The position numbers and the translations under genes are program-made. The notes beneath the pieces are model-generated. The model worked only from the letters and a program-made list of their open reading frames with translations. It was not told where the DNA came from and searched no databases. Of a stretch of 64,000 nt of DNA, positions 46,803 through 56,531 are shown piece by piece. Where the stretch lies: the NCBI GenBank assembly GCA_963729365.1, contig CAVSNQ010000008.1, positions 66,632-130,631 on the forward strand, read 5' to 3'. How positions within the stretch are numbered: the first letter of the stretch is position 1; every line of letters begins with the position of its first letter. Source of the stretch: an uncultured Actinomycetota bacterium. Lineage in GTDB: Bacteria > Actinomycetota > Actinomycetes > Streptosporangiales > Streptosporangiaceae.

Positions 46803-48848
46803 TCAAGCACCGGGCTGACCCGTTTTCACGGTGAAGATGTGCGCGGGAGCCGTCGCCGGATCGAGCCGCACATAATTCGCCTGACCCCACCGAAACTCCT
46901 CACCGGAGAGCTCGTCCATCACCACGAAGTCCTGGCCGGCGTCCGCGCCGAGCGCCGGCAAGTCGAGCCAGACGGTTGCCTCCCGCGGCTGGTGCGGGTC
47001 GATATTTACCACGACCAGAACAGTGTCGCGTTCGCCACCCCCACCCTCCGCTGCGATGCTCTTCGAGAAGCAGAGTATCTCCGGCTGGTCGGAGTAGTGA
47101 AAACGCAGGTTCCGGAGTCGGTGCAGGGCGGGATGGGACTTACGGAGCATGTTGAGGCGCGTGATGAAGGGCGAGATATCCGCCTGCGGAGGGGGCACGT
47201 TCTGGGCGTGCGCCCAGTCCCTCGGGCGGTACTGGTACTTCTCCGAGTTCAGGTACTCCTCGCTGCCGGGGACCAGTGGGGCGTTCTCGCACAGCTCGTA
47301 GCCGGAGTAGACGCCCCAGGTCGGGGACAGCATCGCGGCCAGCACGGCGCGGACCCGGAACGCAGGTGGCCCGCCGTGCTGCAGGTACTCGGTGAGGATG
47401 TCCTGGGTGTTGACGAAGAAGTTCGGCCGCATGTAGGCGGCCGCCGGGCCGGACAGCTCCTGCAGGTACTCGGTGAGCTCCGCGGCCGAGTTGCGCCAGG
47501 TGAAGTACGTGTACGACTGGTGGAAGCCGATTCTGGCCAGGTTGTGCATCATGGCGGGCCTGGTGAAGGCCTCGGAAAGGAAGAGCACGTCCGGGTCGGT
47601 GCGGGCGATCTCGGCCAGCAGCCACTCCCAGAACGGCAGCGGCTTCGTGTGCGGGTTGTCCACGCGGAAGATCCTGATCCCGTGGGACATCCAGTGCCGG
47701 ACGATGCGCAGCACCTCGGCATAGATCCCCTCGGGGTCGTTGTCGAAGTTGACCGGGTAGATGTCCTGGTACTTCTTGGGCGGGTTCTCCGCGTACGCGA
47801 TCGTGCCGTCGGCTCTCGTGGTGAACCACTCGGGGTGCTCGGTGACCCACGGGTGGTCGGGCGACGTCTGGATCGCGAGATCCATCGCCACCTCCAGGCC
47901 CAGTTCGGCGGCCCGGCCCACGAAGGCATCAAAGTCGGCCATCGTGCCCAGGTCCGGGTGGATGACGTCGTGACCGCCGGCGTGAGATCCGATCGCCCAT
48001 GGCGAGCCAGGGTCGCCGGGCCCCGCGTGCAGGGAGTTGTTGGGCCCCTTCCTGGCCGTGGTCCCGATCGGATGGACAGGCGGGAGGTAGACGACGTCGA
48101 AGCCCATCATCGAGATGGCGTCCAGCCGCCGCGCGGCGGTCCGCAGCGTCCCCGACTTCGGGCGCCGGCCCGGTTCGACGTCGACGATGGCGCCCTCCGA
48201 CCGGGGGAAGAACTCATACCAGGAACCGTAGAGCGCACGCTCCCGGTGCACGATCACGGGGAACCAGCCGGACTTGGTCACCAGGTCCCGCAGCGGGAAG
48301 GCGCCGAGGATCGCGCTGATGTCCTCGCGGCTGGCCGCGGCGAGGCGGTCGAGGGCCGCGATGCGGGAGTCCCGCAGCCGCGCGGCCAGGGACTCGAGGG
48401 CCGCGCGTGCGGCTGCGGCATCGCGCTGGCCGGGGCTCCCGGCCGGGCGCGGGGCTCTGGCCTGGGCGGCGACGCGCTCGAACAGCAGGGCGCCATCGGC
48501 CAGCGTGAGCTCCACATCCTGGCCCAGCGGCACCTTGATGGCCGCATCATGCCGCCACCGGGCGACCGGATCTCCCCACGCCTCCACCTCGAAGTGCCAC
48601 AGGCCCTCGGAGGTGACGGTCACCTCGGCGCCCTGCCGGTCGGTGCCCATGGCGATCTCGCGCATCGGCACCAGCGGACGGCGACGGCCGTCCGGCCCGC
48701 GCAGCACGACACCCGCCCCGAGCATCTCGTGCCCCTCGCGGAAGACGGTGGCGCTGACCTCAAAAGTCTCGCCGGTGACGGCCTTGGCGGGGCGCTTCCC
48801 GCGGGCCACGACTGGCTGCACGTCAACTATCGGAATCCGGCCGATCAC
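46803..48848 (-). CDS. glgE: alpha-1,4-glucan:maltose-1-phosphate maltosyltransferase
   Basis: ORF 46803..48848(-): MIGRIPIVDVQPVVARGKRPAKAVTGETFEVSATVFREGH, WYEFFPRSEG, GFDVVYLPPVHPIG, GSPWAIGS, DLAIQTSPDHPW, RVDNPHTKP. Confidence 0.95.
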   Translation of the reverse strand: MIGRIPIVDVQPVVARGKRPAKAVTGETFEVSATVFREGHEMLGAGVVLRGPDGRRRPLVPMREIAMGTDRQGAEVTVTSEGLWHFEVEAWGDPVARWRHDAAIKVPLGQDVELTLADGALLFERVAAQARAPRPAGSPGQRDAAAARAALESLAARLRDSRIAALDRLAAASREDISAILGAFPLRDLVTKSGWFPVIVHRERALYGSWYEFFPRSEGAIVDVEPGRRPKSGTLRTAARRLDAISMMGFDVVYLPPVHPIGTTARKGPNNSLHAGPGDPGSPWAIGSHAGGHDVIHPDLGTMADFDAFVGRAAELGLEVAMDLAIQTSPDHPWVTEHPEWFTTRADGTIAYAENPPKKYQDIYPVNFDNDPEGIYAEVLRIVRHWMSHGIRIFRVDNPHTKPLPFWEWLLAEIARTDPDVLFLSEAFTRPAMMHNLARIGFHQSYTYFTWRNSAAELTEYLQELSGPAAAYMRPNFFVNTQDILTEYLQHGGPPAFRVRAVLAAMLSPTWGVYSGYELCENAPLVPGSEEYLNSEKYQYRPRDWAHAQNVPPPQADISPFITRLNMLRKSHPALHRLRNLRFHYSDQPEILCFSKSIAAEGGGGERDTVLVVVNIDPHQPREATVWLDLPALGADAGQDFVVMDELSGEEFRWGQANYVRLDPATAPAHIFTVKTGQPGA

Positions 48849-48949
48849 TTAGGACAAGCTACCCGCCGTCGCTGGGCTCATGCGATCGGCACGCGAAGCA
48901 GGCGCGTCGATGTCAGGTCCGCTCCAGACACCCATTAGGGTCGCTCTCC

Positions 48950-51553
48950 GTGAGAGCAATCCGCCGGTTTACCATCCGGCCGCTGCTGCCCGAGCCGCTC
49001 GCTCCGCTGCGCGGGCTGATGCTGAACCTGCGCTGGTCCTGGCACGCCGACACGCTCGACCTGTTCGCCGCGATCGACCCTGACGGATGGGAGCGCGCCG
49101 GGCGGGAGCCGGTCCCGCTGCTGGCCGAGGTCCCGCCGGAGCGCCTGGCCACCCTGGCCGCGGACCGGCGGTTCCTGCGCCGGCTCGGCGACGCCGTCGA
49201 CGAACTGCGCGAGTACACCACCGGCCCGCGCTGGTACCAGACCGACCCGAGCCTGGCCGGGACGCCCGCCGCCGTGGCGTACTTCTCGCCCGAGTACGGG
49301 ATCACTGCCGCGCTGCCGCAGTACTCGGGCGGCCTCGGCATCCTGGCCGGCGACCACCTGAAGGCCGGCAGCGACCTGGGGGTGCCGCTGATCGGCGTGG
49401 GCCTGCTGTACCGGCACGGCTATTTCACCCAGGCCCTGTCGACTGAGGGATGGCAGACGGAACGCTACCCGGCGGGTGACCCGAACGGCCTGCCGCTGAC
49501 CTTGCTCCGCGATGATCAAGGAACACCGGTCCGGGTGAGCGTGGCCCTGGCGGCCGGCGCGGTCGTCGTCGCCCAGGTGTGGATCGCGCAGATCGGCCGG
49601 GTCCCGCTGCTGCTGCTCGACTCCTACGTGGAGGAGAACGATCTGGCGCTGCGCGAGGTCACCGACCGGCTCTACGGCGGCGGCAGCGAGCACCGGCTCC
49701 GTCAGGAACTGCTGCTCGGCATCGGCGGAGTGCGGGCGGTCAGGGCGTTCTGCGCGATCACGTCGCACCCCGAGCCCGAGGTCTTCCACACCAACGAGGG
49801 CCATGCGGGGTTTCTCGGCCTCGAGCGCATTCGCGAGTACGTCGGCCAGGGCCTGAGCTTCGACGAGGCGCTGCAGATGTGCCGGGCGGGCACCGTGTTC
49901 ACCACGCACACGCCGGTGCCCGCGGGGATCGACAGGTTCAGCCGGGATCTCGTGACGGCTCAGTTCAGCGACATCGCGGATCTGGCCCTGCCGTTCGACC
50001 GGGTCCTGGCCCTGGGCGCCGAGACGTTCCCCGGCGGTGATCCCGATGTGTTCAACATGGCCGTCATGGGAATGCGACTGGCGCAGCGGGTCAACGGCGT
50101 CAGCGCCCTGCACGGCCAGGTGAGCAGGAAGATGTTCACCGGCCTGTGGCCGGGCTTTGACACCGCCGAGGTGCCGATCGGGTCGGTCACCAACGGCGTG
50201 CACGGGCCGACCTGGGTGGCCACCGAGATCATGGGCCTGGCCGAGGGTGGCCAGTCGCAGGAGCCCGCCGAGGACGCGGTCGTCTGGGAGCGGGCGGCGG
50301 CGGACCCGGCCGGGATCTTCGCCGTCCGCAGCCTGCTGCGTTCCAGGCTGGTGGCGGAGACCCGGCGGCGGCTGCGCGCCTCCTGGATCCAGCGCGGTGC
50401 CTCCGATGCCGAGCTGACCTGGATCGACGACGTGCTGGACGAGAACGCGCTGACGATCGGCTTCGCTCGCCGGGTCCCGTCGTACAAGCGGCTGACGATG
50501 ATGCTGCACGATCCGGCCCGGCTGATCGCGCTGCTGCTCGACCCGGAGCGGCCGGTGCAGATCGTGATCGCCGGGAAGGCCCACCCGGCCGACGACGGCG
50601 GCAAGCTGATGATCCAGCAGATGGTGCGCTTCGCCGACGACCCGCGGGTCCGGCACCGCATCGTCTTCCTGCCCGACTACGACATGGCGCTGGCCCGGGC
50701 CATGACGGCGGGCTGCGACGTCTGGCTGAACAACCCGCTGCGCCCGCTGGAGGCCTGCGGCACCTCGGGGATGAAGGCGGCGCTGAACGGGGCGCTCAAC
50801 CTGTCGATCCTGGACGGCTGGTGGGACGAGTGGTTCGACGGGCACAACGGCTGGGCCATCCCGTCGGCCGACGGAGTCGCCGATCCCGAGCGGCGGGACG
50901 AACTTGAGGCGTCAGCCCTCTATGACCTGCTCGGCCAGTCGGTGGCGCCGCTGTTCTACGACCGGGGCCCCGACGGCCTGCCGCGCCGCTGGCTGGAGAT
51001 GGTGGCGCATACGCTGCGGACCCTCGGGCCCCGCGCGCAGGCGACCCGGATGGTCCGTGAGTACGTGACCACGCTGTACCTGCCGGCGGCGCGGTCCTCG
51101 CAGGCGCTCGCGGCCGGCGGGACCGAGTTCGCAGGCGCGCGAGAGCTGGCGGCATGGAAGGACCGCGTCTCCAAGGCGTGGCCGGCCGTCGCGATCGAGC
51201 ACGTCGAGGCCGACGATGGCGAGCAGAGCCCCGGGGCCAGGCTGGTGGTGCGGGCGAGCGTCGCGCTCGGCGAACTGTCCCCTGACGACGTGACCGTCCA
51301 GGTGGTCTACGGCCCGGCCGGTGACGAGGACGAGATCAGCAATCCGGAGTTCGCTGATCTCGAACTGGAAACCGGTCCGTCGGCCGGATCGGCCGCGCGC
51401 TACGTGGGCGAGACGGAACTCGGGCGCCCGGGACCGTTTGGCTATACGGTCCGGGTCCTGCCCCGGCATCCCCTGCTGGCCTCGCCGGCCGAAATGGGGC
51501 TGATTACGCTGCCGACCGCGCCGGCCGGGATGACCAACGGCGATCTCCGCTGA
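48950..51553 (+). CDS. glgP: alpha-glucan (maltodextrin/glycogen) phosphorylase, GT35
   Basis: ORF 48950..51553: NLRWSWH, VAYFSPEYG, YSGGLGILAGDHLK, NEGHAGF, FTTHTPVPAG, GKAHPADDGGK, EACGTSGMKAALNG. Confidence 0.9.
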   Translation: MRAIRRFTIRPLLPEPLAPLRGLMLNLRWSWHADTLDLFAAIDPDGWERAGREPVPLLAEVPPERLATLAADRRFLRRLGDAVDELREYTTGPRWYQTDPSLAGTPAAVAYFSPEYGITAALPQYSGGLGILAGDHLKAGSDLGVPLIGVGLLYRHGYFTQALSTEGWQTERYPAGDPNGLPLTLLRDDQGTPVRVSVALAAGAVVVAQVWIAQIGRVPLLLLDSYVEENDLALREVTDRLYGGGSEHRLRQELLLGIGGVRAVRAFCAITSHPEPEVFHTNEGHAGFLGLERIREYVGQGLSFDEALQMCRAGTVFTTHTPVPAGIDRFSRDLVTAQFSDIADLALPFDRVLALGAETFPGGDPDVFNMAVMGMRLAQRVNGVSALHGQVSRKMFTGLWPGFDTAEVPIGSVTNGVHGPTWVATEIMGLAEGGQSQEPAEDAVVWERAAADPAGIFAVRSLLRSRLVAETRRRLRASWIQRGASDAELTWIDDVLDENALTIGFARRVPSYKRLTMMLHDPARLIALLLDPERPVQIVIAGKAHPADDGGKLMIQQMVRFADDPRVRHRIVFLPDYDMALARAMTAGCDVWLNNPLRPLEACGTSGMKAALNGALNLSILDGWWDEWFDGHNGWAIPSADGVADPERRDELEASALYDLLGQSVAPLFYDRGPDGLPRRWLEMVAHTLRTLGPRAQATRMVREYVTTLYLPAARSSQALAAGGTEFAGARELAAWKDRVSKAWPAVAIEHVEADDGEQSPGARLVVRASVALGELSPDDVTVQVVYGPAGDEDEISNPEFADLELETGPSAGSAARYVGETELGRPGPFGYTVRVLPRHPLLASPAEMGLITLPTAPAGMTNGDLR

Positions 51554-51832
51554 GTCCCCGCTCTCCGCACCGGCCGGGTCCGCGTGACATTGCAGCGCCA
51601 TAGCGTATCTGGTGAGTTACGCCCAGCTGTAAACCGTTTCGCGGGCCGTGGCGTCCTGCTAAGAAGGACAACCTAGCCTGCCACGGAAATTTCTCCCTGT
51701 GCCAGGCAGAACGCCAGCAAAACCCTGGCCCTTGTGACATCCTGTGATAGAACGCTGGCGGTCAGTAATGGCCGAGAATCGTTACTGTCCGTCATCATGC
51801 CACTACCCCCAAGCACGAGAGGACCATCCGTC

Positions 51833-52051
51833 GTGAGAACCCAGATCAAGCCGGAGAATCGTCTTCTGACCCCGGCCGAGGTTGCCGCGATGCTTCGGGT
51901 AGACCCGAAGACCGTCACCCGGTGGGCCAGGGGCGGCAAGCTGTCGTCGATCCGCACCCCGGGCGGTCACCGCCGCTACAGCGAGACCGAGGTCCGCGGA
52001 TTCCTGAATGGCTGGCAGCACGTCTCCATGCCGCGGTCGTCGGGCGAGTAG
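51833..52051 (+). CDS. bldC: BldC-like small MerR/excisionase-type DNA-binding protein
   Basis: ORF 51734..52051: LLTPAEVAAMLRVDPKTVTRWARGGKLSSIRTPGGHRRYSETEVRGFL, nearly collinear with Streptomyces BldC. GTG 51833 gives the expected size of about 72 aa. ATG 51797 is an alternative start. Confidence 0.8.
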   Translation: MRTQIKPENRLLTPAEVAAMLRVDPKTVTRWARGGKLSSIRTPGGHRRYSETEVRGFLNGWQHVSMPRSSGE

Positions 52052-52192
52052 CCATCTCCACAGGTGACATGCCGGGTCCGGCACCGCCGGTGACACCGTG
52101 ACGCAGCGAGTCCCGGTGTCACCGGCGGTGCGTTCGGATGCTCCCTGGCCCGAATGCTTCGCCGCGGAATGCTTCGCGGCTGAGCGCCGCGA

Positions 52193-52635
52193 TCAGCCTG
52201 CTAGGTGCCCGCCGTAGCGCTGTTCGCGGACCTCGGCCTGCTCCGCGGGCAGCCGGATCCCCAGCTGCAGCGCGATCGCGGCCAGCAGCTCGCGTGCCTG
52301 CTCGGGGTTCATCTCCCTGACCCGCTGCAGCAGCCGCTCATGAGCGGAGTCTGCGCCAGAGCTGGCGAGCGCCTTGGCCGCGTCCGGCCGGCCGGCTGGG
52401 TCAGCTGCGCCGGAGTCACGCCGACCACGGCCGCCATCCGGGCCAGCGTCGGCGCAGGCCCGCGCACCGGCGCGTAGATCCCGGCGCTCACGACCTGGTA
52501 GCCGCTGGCGATCTGCCGCCAGCGGCCCTCGCTGATCCCGGCCCGCCGAGCCGCCTCCCGGGCCGAGAGCTTGGCCGTGGCCAGCGCTTTGGTCACCAGG
52601 GCTCCCCACGGCGGTGGGCCGGGTCGCTCAGACAT
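52193..52635 (-). pseudogene. XRE-family helix-turn-helix protein split by a 1-nt frameshift in a CCGG repeat
   Basis: N-terminal part in ORF 52309..52635(-): LSAREAARRAGISEGRWRQIASGY...MAAVVGVTPAQLTQ. The natural continuation AGRPDAAKALASSG...MNPEQARELLAAIALQLG is in ORF 52193..52609(-). The frames switch within CCGGCCGGCCGG at 52384-52395. Confidence 0.6.
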
Positions 52636-52769
52636 GGATCAACCTTCGCACGACCTTCGCGTGACTGTCCAGTCATTGCTGTCCGATCCGAAGCTACATG
52701 TGGCCTGCCTGCCTGCATGTTTTCCAGCAGCGGATGGTCCGCGGCCGGAGAAGGGCTTCGCGCGTAGCG

Positions 52770-52798
52770 TTGACCCTTCGCACCCTGCCCACTAAGGT
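52770..52798 (+). promoter_or_regulatory. sigma-70/HrdB-like promoter candidate (TTGACC - 17 nt - TAAGGT)
   Basis: Read directly: TTGACC at 52770-52775, a 17-nt spacer, TAAGGT at 52793-52798. It lies about 55 nt upstream of ATG 52852, which is preceded by GAGGGGG. Confidence 0.3.
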
Positions 52799-52851
52799 GG
52801 CACCGGGATCCGCGGCGCGGCGCCCGGACGTCCTACCGAGGGGGACAGCAC

Positions 52852-53247
52852 ATGGGAGTCATGCTCTCCCTGAACCGGAACTGGCCGGCCAGGGGTCGCC
52901 GCCGGGCTCAGCACGCGCGCCACCCCGACGGCCAGGCGCGCGCCGTGACCATCATGCGCCGCTACGAGGCACCAGCCAGCGGCCGCTTACTCAGCAGGCT
53001 GACCCGGACCATGCTGGCCCGGCGCAGCGGGCCGGCCGCTCCAGCCGGGAGCGGGCCGGCCTACACCGGCTCGGCCGGGCGCGCCTGGTCGCTTTATCCG
53101 GGGCTGTCCGTCGCGTGCCTGCTCGGGGAGTGCCGGGACGAGGCGGGCCGCCCGGTCTGCGACGCAGGCACCTGTGAGCATGACTGCCATCGCGATGCGA
53201 CCGTTCCAGGCCCGGGCCCGGGCGCGGACCGGGCGCCCGCGGCCTGA
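52852..53247 (+). CDS. hypothetical Arg-rich small protein with Cys/His-rich C-terminal segment
   Basis: ORF 52852..53247. GC-rich third positions, RBS-like GAGGGGG and a promoter-like element upstream. C-terminal CLLGECRDEAGRPVCDAGTCEHDCH. No family recognised. Confidence 0.3.
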   Translation: MGVMLSLNRNWPARGRRRAQHARHPDGQARAVTIMRRYEAPASGRLLSRLTRTMLARRSGPAAPAGSGPAYTGSAGRAWSLYPGLSVACLLGECRDEAGRPVCDAGTCEHDCHRDATVPGPGPGADRAPAA

Positions 53248-53275
53248 CCGCGGACAGGTGCGGGATACTGGCGGG

Positions 53276-54055
53276 ATGGCTGAGTTCGTACACGTCGAGA
53301 CCGATGAGGCCGTGGCGACAATCCGCCTCGACCGCCCGCCGATGAATGCGCTGAACGCCCAGGTCCAGGACGAGATCGCGGTGGCTGCCGCGCAGCTGAC
53401 CGCCGAGGAGGGCGTCCGGGCGGCCGTCATCTACGGCGGCGCGAAGGTCTTTGCCGCCGGAGCCGACATCAAGGAGATGGCCGAGGCCAGCTACGGCCGG
53501 ATGGCCGCGGACTCCAGGCGGTTGCAGGCCGCGTTCACCGCGGTGGCCAAGATCCCGAAACCCGTGGTGGCGGCGATCACCGGCTATGCGCTGGGCGGCG
53601 GTCTGGAGCTGGCCTTGTGCGCGGATTTCAGGGTGATGGGCGAGAGCGCGCGAGTCGGGCAGCCCGAGATCCTGCTCGGTGTCATTCCCGGGGCGGGCGG
53701 CACGCAACGGCTGCCGCGCCTGATCGGCCCGGCGCGGGCCAAGGACATCGTCTTCACCGGCCGGTTCGTCGGCGCCGAGGAGGCGCTGGCGATCGGCCTG
53801 GTCGACAAGGTGGTCCCCGACGCCGAGGTCTATGACGCCGCGCGGACCCTCGTGGCCCGCTACGCCCGCGGCCCCGCCCTGGCCCTGCGGGCCGCCAAGC
53901 AGGCCATCGACGATGGCCTCGAGGTCGATCTGTCCGCCGGGCTCGAGATCGAGCGGCTGAACTTCGCCGGGCTGTTCGCCACCGAGGACCAGCGGACGGG
54001 AATGCACAGCTTCGTGGAGAATGGACCGGGGAAGGCGACCTTCGCTGGGCGGTGA
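53276..54055 (+). CDS. enoyl-CoA hydratase/isomerase (crotonase) family protein
   Basis: ORF 53174..54055, from ATG 53276: VATIRLDRPPMNALN, FAAGADIKEM, PVVAAITGYALGGGLELALCADFRV, QPEILLGVIPGAGGTQRL. Confidence 0.9.
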   Translation: MAEFVHVETDEAVATIRLDRPPMNALNAQVQDEIAVAAAQLTAEEGVRAAVIYGGAKVFAAGADIKEMAEASYGRMAADSRRLQAAFTAVAKIPKPVVAAITGYALGGGLELALCADFRVMGESARVGQPEILLGVIPGAGGTQRLPRLIGPARAKDIVFTGRFVGAEEALAIGLVDKVVPDAEVYDAARTLVARYARGPALALRAAKQAIDDGLEVDLSAGLEIERLNFAGLFATEDQRTGMHSFVENGPGKATFAGR

Positions 54056-54570
54056 GCGCTCCCGAAGGGGGGCATACCCGCGGCACACGTGTTCCGAGGA
54101 GCAGCCACGTTTATTTGCCGAGTAACTATCAGCGGCGGGCGGGCCAGGCCGTGACCGAGCTGGACAACAGCCCGGGCGGCCCGTCGCTTGACATGGTCAC
54201 CGCCGCGCTCCGCGCGGACAGCGCCGATGTCGCTCTCTACGCCCGCGTGCTCACCAAATCTCTGAGCGAGGCGCTCCCGGCCGAGTGGGTTACGGTCGAC
54301 TGGGACCGGAGCATGTCCGACCGGATGCACGGCCGGCCCGGTCAGGTGTCGAAGATCACCGTCCGGCTGGGGGACCGGGTGATGACGCTGGGCGTTCAGC
54401 GCGGCGCGCCAGTGGCCGAAGTGTGCAGTGAGGTGCGCGGGGTGGTGCTGTCACGCCAGCAGGTGCAGCTCGGCGTGTGGGCGGCGGAACTGGCCCGGGC
54501 GCTCGTCGCGCACGCGGAACAGAATGCCGAGGCGGCCAGGGCGCTGCGTCGGCTGGTGGCGGGCAGCTAG
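54052..54570 (+). CDS. hypothetical protein
   Basis: ORF 54052..54570, GTGA-coupled to the crotonase gene. GTG 54151 is an alternative start. GC3-rich, no motif recognised. Confidence 0.45.
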   Translation: MSAPEGGHTRGTRVPRSSHVYLPSNYQRRAGQAVTELDNSPGGPSLDMVTAALRADSADVALYARVLTKSLSEALPAEWVTVDWDRSMSDRMHGRPGQVSKITVRLGDRVMTLGVQRGAPVAEVCSEVRGVVLSRQQVQLGVWAAELARALVAHAEQNAEAARALRRLVAGS

Positions 54571-54738
54571 CGCGCCGCCGAAGGCATGCGGAGGGCGGCG
54601 GGGAACCCGTTATGCCGCAGGCCGAGGAACACGAGGGATGTCATGCGTCACGGCGACCAGACCGCGCTTGTCACCGGCTTCGCTTCCGGCCCAGCCGACC
54701 AGCTGAGGCAGGAAAGAACTCCGTAGGCTGGTGAGGTC

Positions 54739-56523
54739 ATGACAGCTCAGGACCAGACGCCGGACAGGCTCGGGCCGTACCGCCTGCTGGAGCGGCTCGG
54801 CGAGGGCGGCATGGGCGTTGTCTACCTGGCCGCCGATTCGGAGCAGCGCCGGGTAGCGGTCAAGGTGCTGCGGCCCGCGATAGCCGCGGACCCGAACGCG
54901 CGGCGGCGGCTGGCCCGCGAGGTCGAGACCATGCGCCGGGTGCGCAGCCCGTTCGTCGCCGAGGTCCTCGACGCCGACGTGACCAGCGATCCGCCGTACA
55001 TCGTGACCAGGTACGTCAGCGGCCGGACGCTGGAGGAGGTGGTGGCCGAGAGCGGCCCGCTGACCGGCCGCCAACTCGCCCGGCTGGCTTCCGGGCTGGC
55101 CCTGGCTCTCTCCGCGGTGCACGCCGCGGGCGTTGTGCACCGTGATCTGAAACCGGGCAACGTGATGCTCGCGGGCGGCGAGCCGGTCGTGATCGACTTC
55201 GGGATAGCCCACGTACCTGACTCGACCAGGCTCACCCAGACCGGCATGTTCATGGGCACGCCCGGCTACCTCGCGCCCGAAGTGATCGAGGGCCAGCAGA
55301 GCGGCCCAGCGTCCGATGTGCACTCGTGGGGGGCCACGGTGGCGTTCGCGGCCACCGGCCGCCCCCCGTTCGGCACCGGCGCTTTCGAGACGATCTTCTA
55401 CCGCATCGTCAACGGGCAGCCCGACCTGACCGGCTTCCCGGCACCGTTGCTGTCGCTGGTGGGGCAGGCGCTGTCCCGTGACCCGGGCCGCCGGCCGGAC
55501 ACGGCCGAGCTGTGCCGGCTAACCGCCGCGCTCGACCCGTCCTCTCTGGTGCCGGCGACCGCGGCGGCGGCCGCCGCGGTGCCGTTCGTCGCGCCAGGAA
55601 CCGTGTCCGACCAGCCGACGCCGACGGGGCTGGCTGACGGTGCCGCAAGAGCCGGTCCGGCGGCCCCGGCGGCCTGGCCGTCGAGCACCAGGCCGTGGGC
55701 GCTGCCCGCCGGAGCGGCGGGCAGCTCGGCCGGGGCCGCCGGCGGTCTGGCCGCGGCCGGCGCCGGGGCCGCCGGGTGGCCCGCGGACAATTACGGCGAC
55801 GTGCTGCCGCCCGTGCGGTACGGCCCGGCCGGGCCCGCCCCGGCGCCACCCGCCTGGCCGGGGAGCGCGGCACGGGCGCAGGGGACCGGACGATCGCCGG
55901 CCGGAACGTTGCTCGTGGCCGCCTCGATAGCCGCGGCGATAGCCATCGCCGTCGTCCTTCCGGTGGCGGGGACGGTGGCCGCGCTCATTGTGCTGATGGG
56001 GCTGCGGGCCGGAGACGGGACCGCGGGCCGCCTGTCGCGCCGGCGCTCACGTCGCGGTGCCCGGGCCAGCGATCCGCTGCTGGCCGCGGTGTTCTTCCCG
56101 CCGGCCTTCGCGTGGTCGGTAATCCGGTCCGTGCTGCTCGTGCCGCTGGCTCTGCTGGCCGCCGCGATTGCGGCGGCGCTCACCATCGCCGCGGTGCCTC
56201 ATCACCCGATCCCGGTGGCGTGCGCCTACGCGGCGGGCACGCTGGTCGCCTTCTACGGCCTCGGCCCGGGGTCGGGCGGCTCACGCAGGCCGATCAGGGC
56301 CCTTTTCGATACCGTCGCCGACACTCCCGTGCGCGCGGCGGCCGCGTTCATCGCGCTCGCCGCGGTGATCGTCGTGGCAGCCGTGGTGGCGGCTTCGCAT
56401 CCGCCGTTCTTCTGGCCGTTCGGCAACCTGACCGTCTGGCTGGGGCATTTCAACGTGGTGCACACCGTGGTCCACGACACCAGGGCGCGGGTGCTCAGGC
56501 TGTTCGGCCGGTCCTCCGGCTGA
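54739..56523 (+). CDS. Ser/Thr protein kinase (Hanks type) with polytopic C-terminal membrane region
   Basis: ORF 54739..56523: LGEGGMGVVYLA, VAVKVL, HRDLKPGNVML, IDFGIA, GTPGYLAPE, DVHSWG. A Pro/Ala linker is followed by several hydrophobic helices. Confidence 0.9.
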   Translation: MTAQDQTPDRLGPYRLLERLGEGGMGVVYLAADSEQRRVAVKVLRPAIAADPNARRRLAREVETMRRVRSPFVAEVLDADVTSDPPYIVTRYVSGRTLEEVVAESGPLTGRQLARLASGLALALSAVHAAGVVHRDLKPGNVMLAGGEPVVIDFGIAHVPDSTRLTQTGMFMGTPGYLAPEVIEGQQSGPASDVHSWGATVAFAATGRPPFGTGAFETIFYRIVNGQPDLTGFPAPLLSLVGQALSRDPGRRPDTAELCRLTAALDPSSLVPATAAAAAAVPFVAPGTVSDQPTPTGLADGAARAGPAAPAAWPSSTRPWALPAGAAGSSAGAAGGLAAAGAGAAGWPADNYGDVLPPVRYGPAGPAPAPPAWPGSAARAQGTGRSPAGTLLVAASIAAAIAIAVVLPVAGTVAALIVLMGLRAGDGTAGRLSRRRSRRGARASDPLLAAVFFPPAFAWSVIRSVLLVPLALLAAAIAAALTIAAVPHHPIPVACAYAAGTLVAFYGLGPGSGGSRRPIRALFDTVADTPVRAAAAFIALAAVIVVAAVVAASHPPFFWPFGNLTVWLGHFNVVHTVVHDTRARVLRLFGRSSG

Positions 56524-56531
56524 TGACGGCG

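Noticed and set aside
54610-55323. A 237-aa minus-strand ORF overlapping the kinase gene.
   Set aside because: It is antisense to the best-conserved part of the kinase catalytic domain, and its translation has no recognisable features.
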